Shown here: positions 38,466-46,838 of the stretch, one piece after another
Layout of the letters: each line of letters opens with the position of its first letter
How positions within the stretch are numbered: position 1 is the stretch's first letter
Virus record (IMG/VR): IMGVR_UViG_3300024308_000021
Coordinates: 69,467 to 125,585 of that record
Source: a virus
Length of the DNA stretch: 56,119 bases
Direction: 5' to 3' (one strand)
Notes under the pieces: generated by a model
The model's input: only the letters and a program-made list of their open reading frames with translations
What the model was told of the DNA's origin: nothing
Database searches by the model: none
Position numbers and translations under genes: made by a program

Positions 38466-39082
38466 TGGAAAACAATTATATCGTAGTGGAAGGTTCTGAT
38501 TTCGCAGGTAAGTCTGAGCTGATTGTAAAACTCAAAGAGCATTACGAATCCAAGGGTCGTCGTGTGACTGTGGTGCGTGAGCCGGGTGGTGATCCTGTAG
38601 CTGAGGAACTCCGTCAGATCCTCAAATACTCGAAACATCCGATCTGCAACAAAGCCGAGACTTATCTGTTTATGGCAGCTCGTGCCCAAGTTCTGGAGCA
38701 CGTCGTACTGCCTGCACTGAAACGAGGCGATCTGGTAATCTCGGATCGCGCTTACTACACCACGGTTTGCTATCAGATTGGAGACTACACTTCCTCAGAA
38801 GCAGACCTGGTGTGTGAACAAACCTACAACGTACTGGGTATCGCTCCTATCAATCTGATTCTCAACATCGACTACGAGACACTGCTGGCACGTCAAGCCT
38901 CACGTGGTATCGAGGTCGGAGAACGCATTGAGGCGCGTGGTGAGGAGTTCTTCCGTAAGGCAATACGTCTGTACCAGGAGATCTCTCAAACCTTCCCAGA
39001 CGCTCATTCAATCGATGCTACAGGCAGTCGTGAATCTACACTCGATCAGTGTATCACGCTGCTGGATGCCATAGGGGTGTAA
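38465..39082 (+). CDS. tmk: Thymidylate kinase
   Basis: IVVEGSDFAGKS P-loop, REPGG, LFMAAR, VISDR. Start refined to ATG 38465 (TGATG overlap). Confidence 0.95.
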   Translation: MENNYIVVEGSDFAGKSELIVKLKEHYESKGRRVTVVREPGGDPVAEELRQILKYSKHPICNKAETYLFMAARAQVLEHVVLPALKRGDLVISDRAYYTTVCYQIGDYTSSEADLVCEQTYNVLGIAPINLILNIDYETLLARQASRGIEVGERIEARGEEFFRKAIRLYQEISQTFPDAHSIDATGSRESTLDQCITLLDAIGV

Positions 39083-39083
39083 G

Positions 39084-39659
39084 ATGGGTAAGCTGTTAGA
39101 CATCGCACGTACCGCAGGGGATGCTGCGATTAATTTGATCTTCGGTCCTCGGGTAGCTGATGCGGTGGCTAGCGCTGTAAACTCTGTATCAGATGCTGAA
39201 GACCTAGACCCAGAGTCTGTAACGGGTAATGAATTACTAGCTCACGTAGAGACGCTTCCACCTGAACTACGCAGTACACTCCTAGAACGAGCGTTCGATA
39301 TCGAACAGCTTCGTTTGGAGCAGGAACACGAGATGATGGACGTACTGGCTGATGCCGATAAAATCGGTAAGAGCTTTCGTCCAGCTATCGCTCTGATTAT
39401 GTCTCTGATCTTAGGGGTGCAGGTTGGGGCGATGTCTGTACTGCTGGGGATTATCTGCTACCAGCAACTACGCTTGCCAAACGAGATCGAACTACTGATC
39501 ACGATGGGACCTCCTGCTCTGATCGTACTGACGTACTTCGGCTTCGCTTCTAAGGAGCGTAAAGAGTTCCTGAAGCTGATTACGACTCGAGGGATAGGTG
39601 GTATAGCCACTGGAGCCGCTGGGCTGTTAAACGCAGCTGCAAGCGCTCTGAAGAAATGA
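39084..39659 (+). CDS. Membrane protein, holin-like (3TM / GTA-holin-like pattern)
   Basis: Two clear hydrophobic segments after FRP, followed by YFG and a basic patch. Holin function is inferred. Confidence 0.55.
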   Translation: MGKLLDIARTAGDAAINLIFGPRVADAVASAVNSVSDAEDLDPESVTGNELLAHVETLPPELRSTLLERAFDIEQLRLEQEHEMMDVLADADKIGKSFRPAIALIMSLILGVQVGAMSVLLGIICYQQLRLPNEIELLITMGPPALIVLTYFGFASKERKEFLKLITTRGIGGIATGAAGLLNAAASALKK

Positions 39660-39679
39660 TACACCTATATTCCTAACAG

Positions 39680-39706
39680 GAGGAGCTTCGGCTCCTCTTT
39701 TATTTT
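39680..39706 (+). terminator. Intrinsic terminator with UUCG loop
   Basis: GAGGAGC-TTCG-GCTCCTC followed by TTTTATTTT. Confidence 0.85.
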
Positions 39707-39752
39707 ACGCCTCACCGAAACGATATGACCTTTACCAACGAGGATACTCAAG

Positions 39753-40712
39753 ATGCCTAATCCAAACCAAACTGGCTTTAGCAAGATGGCTGCTGAAGCT
39801 CTGGGGCTCGATCCGGCCGTAACCAAAGAAGTAGCAGATTCCTTCAATGCTTTTTTGAACAAACTTCCCCGTCCCAAAACTGAAGCTGATTTTGATCGTC
39901 AGCAAAACCCTAATGTTTTCGTAGATCAGATCCCCGAAGAGGAGGAACTTCCTTGGGTGATGAACCACCACTCTACTGACTACGGGGTGTGGATTGATTA
40001 CGACGGCAGTCGTTTCAAAGACTATTACGCACTGCGTCTGAAGAACGGTAGCGTGGTGAACCTCGCACTGCCTAACGCTGACGTCTGGATTGCTGACGTA
40101 TTGGCAGGTGGTACTGACCCTAAAGGCGTGGTATGGAACATCCATCCAGGCACTACGTTTAAGGATGACGAAGTCGCTCAGATCCAACTCGTATCGGATG
40201 CTTATCTGTCTACGTTCGCGTCACACGCAGCTACTGGCGTAGAGCGTATCAAACGTAATCGTCAGATGTTCCGTGACAACCTTCTCCCTACCGAAGATCC
40301 TAAAGTAACGGAGCCTGCCAAGATCATGGCGCGTCACTTCGGACTCTACATCGGGGAAGAGCAGATCGCCGGTAGTCATCGTAACCAACTGAAAGGAGAA
40401 CTCTTCCATCGTAACGAAGATGGGACCTGGAGCTACAACTTCAAAGCTCACGTCGATTTCGGAGCTATCTCTGGTTACAATCCCAAACTTATGAAACTGG
40501 TTAAACAGTTTGGGGCTGTACTGCGTTTTCAGATCGATACCGTAGTGACTATTAAATCAGATGACCTGGTCGCTGACCAAGTAATCACTGACGGTAAGTT
40601 CGAAGTAGTGAACCCAGGACGTCGCCCAGATTACGACTGGGCTGCTTACCTGGCTAAGCTACCTCCGATGGTACTGCGAGTACACTTCTCGCACAGCTAT
40701 CGTAAGAACTGA
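39753..40712 (+). CDS. Hypothetical protein
   Basis: 319 aa, GAGGA RBS. Confidence 0.8.
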   Translation: MPNPNQTGFSKMAAEALGLDPAVTKEVADSFNAFLNKLPRPKTEADFDRQQNPNVFVDQIPEEEELPWVMNHHSTDYGVWIDYDGSRFKDYYALRLKNGSVVNLALPNADVWIADVLAGGTDPKGVVWNIHPGTTFKDDEVAQIQLVSDAYLSTFASHAATGVERIKRNRQMFRDNLLPTEDPKVTEPAKIMARHFGLYIGEEQIAGSHRNQLKGELFHRNEDGTWSYNFKAHVDFGAISGYNPKLMKLVKQFGAVLRFQIDTVVTIKSDDLVADQVITDGKFEVVNPGRRPDYDWAAYLAKLPPMVLRVHFSHSYRKN

Positions 40713-40756
40713 TACACAGTACTGCTAGGACACACACTAAGCACGGGAAATGCGAT

Positions 40757-41104
40757 ATGAGTGAAATAGCCGTAGGATACGTAGGAGACCTGGACACACT
40801 ACAAGGACGTGTGCGTTCGGAGTTAGAAGCTCGCCCCTGGTGGGGACACGTAGGGGAACTTCCACGCTGTATAGGCGTGGATGTTTACAACCGCCAACGT
40901 GAACTCATCGAGATCGGGAGTCTAGTACTGATCAACCCCCGAGTGGAGCGAGTGGACATCCACTCTGATTACTCACGTGTAGTTTACGATATCGTGGAAG
41001 GCGTAGGTGCACTCTACGCTAAAAACGTATTGCACGGGAATCTGGGGCTGCTACGTGTCGAGCAACACAATGGAAAAACAAAAGCAACAGTGAGGTTGGT
41101 GTAA
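40757..41104 (+). CDS. Hypothetical protein
   Basis: 115 aa, TAATG-coupled to thyA. Confidence 0.65.
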   Translation: MSEIAVGYVGDLDTLQGRVRSELEARPWWGHVGELPRCIGVDVYNRQRELIEIGSLVLINPRVERVDIHSDYSRVVYDIVEGVGALYAKNVLHGNLGLLRVEQHNGKTKATVRLV

Positions 41105-42090
41105 TGAAAGTTTTCCAAAACTACTTACGGGATATACTAACGAACGGTCGCTACAAACGCGATCGCACAGGCACTGGATGTTATTCTCTGTACGGACCTC
41201 AGTACGTTTACAACCTGCGTGAAGGTCTTCCGGTGATGACCTTGCGTAAGTTCAGTCCTAACGCCTGTATCCACGAACTCATCGGTTTCATCCAAGGACA
41301 CACTAACCTGCGCGACCCGATTTTCAATGGGATTAAGATCTGGGACGAGTGGGCTCTGAAGGAGTCTTGTGTTACTCCTCAGGGCGTGGAGCTACAGCCT
41401 GGTGAAATCGGACCGATGTACGGCCACAAGTGGCGTCACTACAACGGCGTAGATCAGCTCAAGGAACTCGTAGAGAACCTGCGTAATCGACCGAACTCTC
41501 GTCGACACGTAGTGACTGCATGGGATCCTGCTCTACTGCCCGACGAATCGATCTCACCCGAAGAGAACGTGATGTTGGGACGTGGTGCTCTGGCTGAGTG
41601 TCATTGCTTCTTCCAGTGCTTCCCTTACGAGCTCACGCTCGAGGAGCGCTGCGCGATCTCTCCGATGTCTTACTCGGATTACTTCCGTGATGATGACGAA
41701 GTGTTCCCAGGCGCAGCAGATCGCCTCCAGTCGCTTCTGACGAAGTATGACGTACCTGAGTATGGAATGGATCTCAAACTCTACCAGCGCAGCAATGACG
41801 CTGTCGTAGGAGGTCCTTCGAACATAGCTCAGTATTCCGTGCTGCTGCACATGCTGTGTCATGACCTGAACTACGCTGTAGGGAACTTCATCCACTCGCT
41901 GGGAGATGCGCACATCTACTCTAACCACCTGTCTCAGGCTGAGGAGTTACTGCGCCGTGAGCCTCGCGGTCTGTCTCAGATCCGGATCACCGCTCCCAAG
42001 CGTACCAGTATCTTCGACCTGCGGTTTGAAGACATCGTGATCACTACACCAGAGCAACACCCAGCTCTGAAGTGTCCTATCTCGAAGTAA
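41104..42090 (+). CDS. thyA: Thymidylate synthase
   Basis: DRTGTG, IWDEWA, GP.YG..WR, DQL, NSRRH.V.AW, catalytic CH, YQRS.D...G.P.NIAQY, GDAHIY.NH. Confidence 0.95.
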   Translation: MKVFQNYLRDILTNGRYKRDRTGTGCYSLYGPQYVYNLREGLPVMTLRKFSPNACIHELIGFIQGHTNLRDPIFNGIKIWDEWALKESCVTPQGVELQPGEIGPMYGHKWRHYNGVDQLKELVENLRNRPNSRRHVVTAWDPALLPDESISPEENVMLGRGALAECHCFFQCFPYELTLEERCAISPMSYSDYFRDDDEVFPGAADRLQSLLTKYDVPEYGMDLKLYQRSNDAVVGGPSNIAQYSVLLHMLCHDLNYAVGNFIHSLGDAHIYSNHLSQAEELLRREPRGLSQIRITAPKRTSIFDLRFEDIVITTPEQHPALKCPISK

Positions 42091-42100
42091 GGAGGCTGTA

Positions 42101-42325
42101 GTGGACTTGAAACAAACCCTACAGACTCAGCTAAAGTCTGCGAAGTCTGTGAAGATCACTCGTAACGGCGTACCACTGAGTTCTCGTAGCTTCCGTGAAC
42201 AACGTGAACGCTTGATCCAACAGGTTGTCAAAAAAGATGTGTCTGTAGAAGCTATGGAAACTGGTCGGCGTAGTGTTTACCACGTTCAGATCGGTCTAGG
42301 TAGCTACACCGTCGTAATCGGTTAG
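42101..42325 (+). CDS. Hypothetical protein
   Basis: 74 aa, GTG start with a strong AAGGAGG RBS. Confidence 0.65.
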   Translation: MDLKQTLQTQLKSAKSVKITRNGVPLSSRSFREQRERLIQQVVKKDVSVEAMETGRRSVYHVQIGLGSYTVVIG

Positions 42326-42354
42326 TGCTCGCTCTGGGTTGCAGTTGTAAGTGA

Positions 42355-42365
42355 ACCTATATTAC
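42355..42365 (+). promoter_or_regulatory. Putative early promoter (TATATTAC)
   Basis: ACCTATATTAC, an exact core, inside an inverted repeat spanning 42337-42377. Confidence 0.7.
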
Positions 42366-42395
42366 TACACTGCAACCTAACTAAAGGAAAAGAAG

Positions 42396-42968
42396 ATGAT
42401 TGTAACTGCTGTTTGTAAGAAAGGATTTGTGGATCCGGTACTGGTACAGAACTTCGTACTGGTAAATGCCATCGAAGAATTCGTAAAAGATAACCCTGGT
42501 ACTGAGTCGGTACTGAGCTCGTCTTTCCGTACCCTACGCCCAGCTGAATGGGCCGCTGGTCAGCGTGAGTACACTGTACTGCCCTGGACTACCACTCGTG
42601 AGCTGGATTACACCATCGTGTTGTGGATGTCGCCGAACGTACACCACTTCGATCGTCCGGTTAAGAAGCAGTCTGCGAAGACTCGTAAAGAAGGGGACGA
42701 TGCTCGTCTGTATATGACTGCCATGGGCGAAGCGCTGGGCGCTACTGAAGTGCGTCCGAAGTTTGTTGCTATTCGTTTGCCTAACGGCGACCGTGTAGGT
42801 TTTATGATGGCTGTGTTTAAAGGACACCTGCGTCACACCGAACCTGGAACTCCGACTGAAGTTCCAGCGGATTCCGTATTCCATCCAGAACCCGTTACCG
42901 AAGCTCCGGTAGAAGTTCTGGCTTCCACCGACCCCGTACCTCATTCCCGCGATATGGAGGGACTGTAA
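42396..42968 (+). CDS. Hypothetical protein
   Basis: 190 aa, AAGGA RBS. Confidence 0.75.
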   Translation: MIVTAVCKKGFVDPVLVQNFVLVNAIEEFVKDNPGTESVLSSSFRTLRPAEWAAGQREYTVLPWTTTRELDYTIVLWMSPNVHHFDRPVKKQSAKTRKEGDDARLYMTAMGEALGATEVRPKFVAIRLPNGDRVGFMMAVFKGHLRHTEPGTPTEVPADSVFHPEPVTEAPVEVLASTDPVPHSRDMEGL

Positions 42969-43435
42969 TGTCCGTATTGGCTGTATTCATTACACACAAC
43001 GTCACTGCCGAGCAGTTGCTGACAGACAACTACGCCAACTCCCTGGTAGCTGTGTGTCTGGGTATCGATCCGATTCACGTCGACCCCACTCGTATCCGTC
43101 TGGATCTCGAGGAAGTAAATGAGCTCGACGATTCCAAGCGTATGTGTATCTTCTCCTACGATCCTGCTTTTGCCAGTGACGACTCCGACATCACCGCCGG
43201 TATCGCTTACGTAGGTCCGGAGTTGGTCGGTGTAGATCCTTCCAAACCGGAATGTGAAAACGAAGAGTGGTATCAGAACGCTACTTCCAGTATGTGTACT
43301 GTAGCGGCTCTGGTAGGTCTACCCGAAGTCACCCAAGCGGGTGTGATGGAGTTCTTCCACACCACTCGTCCTCAAGAAACCCTACGCTACCTGATCGGTA
43401 TCTCTGGAGCTGAAGATGCAAAACCCGAAGTTTGA
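42968..43435 (+). CDS. Hypothetical acidic protein
   Basis: 155 aa, TAATG overlap, GGAGG RBS. Confidence 0.75.
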   Translation: MSVLAVFITHNVTAEQLLTDNYANSLVAVCLGIDPIHVDPTRIRLDLEEVNELDDSKRMCIFSYDPAFASDDSDITAGIAYVGPELVGVDPSKPECENEEWYQNATSSMCTVAALVGLPEVTQAGVMEFFHTTRPQETLRYLIGISGAEDAKPEV

Positions 43436-44057
43436 AACCGTAACTACCTGCAAAACAGTAGATCGCCTGGCGATGACTGATCACGAGTACCTCGTGTGGT
43501 GGGCTGAGCACTCCAGTGAACATCGTTGTGCTGACCTCTCCTCGGCTGGCGTAGATATGACCAAGGAACGCGAGGGTTACCTCGTACGTTACCAATCCGG
43601 TACTGACCAGGAATACTACTCCTGGAGTCCGAAAGAGATCATGGCTGCTGCGGTACTGCCGCCTCTGATCAAGATCGATCTCGAAGCCTTGGCTGTGGAT
43701 CCTGGTTTTCAGGAAACCGTCACACGAGTTCGCAGTAGACTCCTCGCCGTTCAGCGTGATCTCGAGAAAGCTCGAACAGCTACTTTCACACTGCCGGAAA
43801 ACTGCACCGACCCCAGTGAAATCATTCAAGCCCTGCTGACGAGTCTTTCAGTAGCGCCGAAAACTATCGAATCTGCGTGTCCCAAAATCAGCGAAGTTGC
43901 TGACACATCGGTTCGGCGGTGCGAGCCGAACTTCAGTCCTCTGTTTGAGAAAGTGCACGCCGAGTTCCTTCGGAAACTGAGCGTGACTTCTCTGCCTCAG
44001 GCTCTGGAAGCTGCGCTGATGGTTTACACCGATGGTCTGACCTACACCGAAGAATAA
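43416..44057 (+). CDS. Hypothetical protein with N-terminal MT..EY...GYLV.Y...Y.SWSPK domain and C-terminal coiled coil
   Basis: 213 aa, GGAG RBS. Its N-terminal domain is paralogous to 44108..44455. Confidence 0.75.
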   Translation: MQNPKFETVTTCKTVDRLAMTDHEYLVWWAEHSSEHRCADLSSAGVDMTKEREGYLVRYQSGTDQEYYSWSPKEIMAAAVLPPLIKIDLEALAVDPGFQETVTRVRSRLLAVQRDLEKARTATFTLPENCTDPSEIIQALLTSLSVAPKTIESACPKISEVADTSVRRCEPNFSPLFEKVHAEFLRKLSVTSLPQALEAALMVYTDGLTYTEE

Positions 44058-44064
44058 CCTAACC

Positions 44065-44093
44065 AGAGAGGAGGCTCGAGCCTCCTCTCTTTT
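44065..44093 (+). terminator. Intrinsic terminator
   Basis: Palindrome AGAGAGGAGGCTC-GAGCCTCCTCTCT followed by TTT. Confidence 0.8.
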
Positions 44094-44107
44094 GCACGGA
44101 GTTACTA

Positions 44108-44455
44108 ATGGACAGTTTAAACTTTGTAAAGATGAAGGTAGAATTACCAGTAGAGTGTGTACCGATGACTGACATCGAATACCACGGTCACTACGTTACA
44201 GGTAAAGGTAAGTTTATACCACCAGCCCTCGGTAGTCTGGATCGTAACAATCCTCGGGATGGCTGGTTGATGCGGTTTAACTCAGGAAAGTCGAATGAGT
44301 ACTACGCTTGGTATCCACTGCCAGAGCTCGCCGAACAGTTATCTGTAGAGTTTTCTAATCAGGCAGAAGCTTTCGATGGACTGCGACAAATGGCCAGTAG
44401 CGTCCTACAACAAATCCAATCCGGTGTAAGCTATTACGACGTCTTCAAGAAGTGA
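44108..44455 (+). CDS. Hypothetical protein, paralog of the upstream N-terminal domain
   Basis: 115 aa. MTDIEY...RDGWLMRFNSG...EYYAWYP aligns with MTDHEY...REGYLVRYQSG...EYYSWSP. Confidence 0.75.
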   Translation: MDSLNFVKMKVELPVECVPMTDIEYHGHYVTGKGKFIPPALGSLDRNNPRDGWLMRFNSGKSNEYYAWYPLPELAEQLSVEFSNQAEAFDGLRQMASSVLQQIQSGVSYYDVFKK

Positions 44456-44504
44456 TTTAATACGCTTACGACAACTTTATGTTCACTAATAAGGGGTTTT
44501 GTAA

Positions 44505-44996
44505 ATGAGAATAGAGTTACGACATCAGTTCTCCAGTATCGACTCAGTGGAGACTTTACTGCAAGCTATCACAGCTAACGTACTGGATGCACTGCAACAT
44601 CCACATGTCGGGTATTTCGAGTCTACTGTCATGTATTCTTCAGGTCCTGGTCAGCGATTCGAAGACCATTACTACGACCTGGCTGTAGTGTCGCAGGTAG
44701 CGCCTTCTGTGCGCATCTACGCACAAACCATACCTACCCATTACCGACTGGATCCGGAGTTACTGAACAAGATCTGGGAGCGTGTGAGCGGCGTCCAGGA
44801 TGTTAAGCAAATCCCACTGGCTCTGCGTGGGTTTGATTCTTGGTATTGGAACCTAGCTCAGGTAGCTTGGATGGCTGCTGATCGACTGGGTGCAGATCCT
44901 ATCCTGACCTATGTACTTCCAGCTGTGGATTACGAAGGTACTCCACTACCGCCTACCTTTATAACCGTATATGTAAACGTACCAGAGGAAGACTGA
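44505..44996 (+). CDS. Hypothetical protein
   Basis: 163 aa, AAGGGG RBS. Confidence 0.7.
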   Translation: MRIELRHQFSSIDSVETLLQAITANVLDALQHPHVGYFESTVMYSSGPGQRFEDHYYDLAVVSQVAPSVRIYAQTIPTHYRLDPELLNKIWERVSGVQDVKQIPLALRGFDSWYWNLAQVAWMAADRLGADPILTYVLPAVDYEGTPLPPTFITVYVNVPEED

Positions 44997-45535
44997 TGCG
45001 CTTAACCATTCTCTTCCACGAGACCACGTATCCTAACGAGGTTACGGAGATCCTGCGTAAACTCTTACCGGACGAGCCTAATGTGGAATCCATACACCAC
45101 GTGCCAGATGATGGTGTGAACATAGCCACTTACAACCTCCCATGGCGTAAGGATCCTGATCTGGTAGTGGGAGTCTTCCCGGAAGGTACTCCCGTGCGGT
45201 TTATCGCACAGCGTGCTTTCAGCGAATGGCAACGCAAGTTCCCAGACGCTCGCACTATCCAGCTTCAACAACAAATCCCTACGCTCGAAGAAACCAACCC
45301 CATCCAACACCCAGACCCAGTACTGCGTACCATCGGGAGTATCGTGGTGTCTGTACTTTATGTAACCTTCTCACTTACTTATCGTAAGGATTTGTGTGAG
45401 TTACTGACAGGTTACCCCGAGAATTGGTTGGTGCTAACCGATCACACCGACGGAGGTGTCGGGAAGATGTTTCACATCCACGCTGAGGAATATGATTCCG
45501 AAATAGAAAGTAGCAACCCCGGAGTAGTCCACTGA
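44996..45535 (+). CDS. Hypothetical protein
   Basis: 179 aa, TGATG overlap. Confidence 0.7.
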   Translation: MRLTILFHETTYPNEVTEILRKLLPDEPNVESIHHVPDDGVNIATYNLPWRKDPDLVVGVFPEGTPVRFIAQRAFSEWQRKFPDARTIQLQQQIPTLEETNPIQHPDPVLRTIGSIVVSVLYVTFSLTYRKDLCELLTGYPENWLVLTDHTDGGVGKMFHIHAEEYDSEIESSNPGVVH

Positions 45536-45617
45536 CACATTCCGTGTCTGGAACTCCCGCATGGGTGGGTACGGCAGTATCCCACCCCCTTCCAACCCTC
45601 TAAAGGAGATCGTAAAA

Positions 45618-46253
45618 ATGCGATATTTGCTGCCTATGCTGTTTGCTCTGTTGAGTCTGGTAACTACACCCACTCAAGCCTACAGCTCTACCTCCGGCTG
45701 GTCTAGCCAGTCTCGTACCATCGTACTAGCAGCCGACCGAGTCGGCGTAGATGCTACTACGCTTTCCGCTATCGGTTGGATTGAATCCAGGTTCAATCCT
45801 CGCGCTGTAAACCGACACACTCAGGCTACTGGTATGTTCCAGTACAAAGCTTCCACCTGGCGATCGCATACCAAACGCTATGGGCGAGCCTACGGCATCA
45901 CGCCAGGCACTCCTCGTACCAATGCACTAGCTAACGCTACGATGGCTGCCATCGACCTCAAGCGCCACCAAGACGCACTCCAGCGCGTCCTAGGACGTCC
46001 TCCTGTTCCAGGGGAACAGTATATGGCACACTGGTTGGGCTTGGGAGGAGCAACTCGTATTCTCAAAGCACCTGGGTATCGTAATGCGGCAGTAATGTTC
46101 CCAGCAGCGGCATCTAAGAATCGTAGTTTGTTTTACACTTCCAAAGGCAAGCCTCGTACCGTAAGACAGTTGCGTGACTACGTGAACTGGAAATTCGGAG
46201 TGATTGGGGCTCAATTCGAACAAGATGTAGAGATCCTCACAGCGAGGTTGTAA
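45618..46253 (+). CDS. Lytic transglycosylase (SLT-type) / endolysin-like protein with N-terminal signal peptide
   Basis: Start refined to ATG 45618 (AAGGAG RBS). Catalytic IES.FNP.A, ATGMFQ....TW, YMAH.LG.GGA and AA..N..LFY, as in the phiKZ gp144-type catalytic domain. N-terminus MRYLLPMLFALLSLVTTPTQA. Confidence 0.9.
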   Translation: MRYLLPMLFALLSLVTTPTQAYSSTSGWSSQSRTIVLAADRVGVDATTLSAIGWIESRFNPRAVNRHTQATGMFQYKASTWRSHTKRYGRAYGITPGTPRTNALANATMAAIDLKRHQDALQRVLGRPPVPGEQYMAHWLGLGGATRILKAPGYRNAAVMFPAAASKNRSLFYTSKGKPRTVRQLRDYVNWKFGVIGAQFEQDVEILTARL

Positions 46254-46264
46254 TGTTACTGACA

Positions 46265-46333
46265 CACGGCGTACCGCTGGTCATCCCAGCCCCTAGTGTA
46301 AGTGATGAAGAACTAGCAGTACAGCAAGCCGTG
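46265..46333 (+). ncRNA. Structured RNA element (three-way junction with complementary loops) in the transglycosylase 3' region
   Basis: CACGGC/GCCGTG, GTAC/GTAC, GCTGG/CCAGC and CTAGT/ACTAG helices; loop TCATC is complementary to loop GATGA. Confidence 0.5.
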
Positions 46334-46344
46334 ACACTACATCT

Positions 46345-46371
46345 GGAGGGAGCCTAGGCTCCCTCCCTTTA
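46345..46371 (+). terminator. Intrinsic terminator
   Basis: GGAGGGAGCC-TA-GGCTCCCTCC followed by CTTTA. Confidence 0.8.
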
Positions 46372-46394
46372 TGTCCGAATGGAAATAAATAAAA

Positions 46395-46405
46395 ACATAT
46401 ATCAT
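46395..46405 (+). promoter_or_regulatory. Possible early promoter variant
   Basis: ACATATATCAT in an AT-rich gap after a terminator; two mismatches to TATATTAC. Confidence 0.4.
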
Positions 46406-46438
46406 TTCCGTGTGAACCTAACAATAAGGGATTTTAAG

Positions 46439-46837
46439 ATGGAACGTTATTATTTGTTTGTTGGAACTGTATCTCGAGCCAAACCTCCCCTGATAGAAAA
46501 TCTTCGCGAGGTTAATCTGGAAAGACGCACCATCGGTATAGATGGAAAGAGACTTGCACTTATACTTACCGTAAGCTCCAAAACCGATAAAGTTTTAACA
46601 TTTTATTTCGATGCCAGCTATATGTCGGAACCGGCACCTGGCGAGCAGTTTTTACTCGAAGAGCAAGAATGCATCTTTATTCATCCCAAACATACCAGCG
46701 GCAACACCCCGCTAACAGTTAGTCTTGGGCAATTGATGAGCCGCAACGGTTCTGAATCAGACCTATACACCCAAGAGAGTTTCGATGCTACCTATTCTGT
46801 AGATTCCTTTAAACGACTGACACTGAAAGGAAAGTAA
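46439..46837 (+). CDS. Hypothetical protein
   Basis: Start refined to ATG 46439 (AAGGGA RBS); AT-richer than its neighbours. Confidence 0.65.
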   Translation: MERYYLFVGTVSRAKPPLIENLREVNLERRTIGIDGKRLALILTVSSKTDKVLTFYFDASYMSEPAPGEQFLLEEQECIFIHPKHTSGNTPLTVSLGQLMSRNGSESDLYTQESFDATYSVDSFKRLTLKGK

Positions 46838-46838
46838 C

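Noticed and set aside
39663-39673. ACCTATATTCC early-promoter-like motif
   Set aside because: A strong terminator follows within about 10 nt, so it could not serve the downstream gene. Not supportable without TSS data.
41104-42090. ThyA homolog as a base-modifying (dCMP hydroxymethylase-type) enzyme because of LAECH and a ~45 aa insertion
   Set aside because: The dUMP-specifying Asn (P.NIAQY) and all other ThyA motifs are intact, similar insertions occur in ordinary ThyA proteins, and no modification genes are nearby.
45561-45617. N-terminal extensions in the ORF track (also 7071-7115, 11953-12018, 19766-19858, 24171-24203, 34795-34860, 34840-34899, 46379-46438)
   Set aside because: These extensions cross promoters, leaders or neighbouring genes, while the downstream ATGs have properly spaced RBSs.
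46265-46333. Twister-sister or hammerhead ribozyme call
   Set aside because: Fragments such as TGTAAGT, GCAAG and TGATGA are suggestive, but their order and junction placement do not fit the consensus I recall, and there is no CTGATGA...GAAA core.
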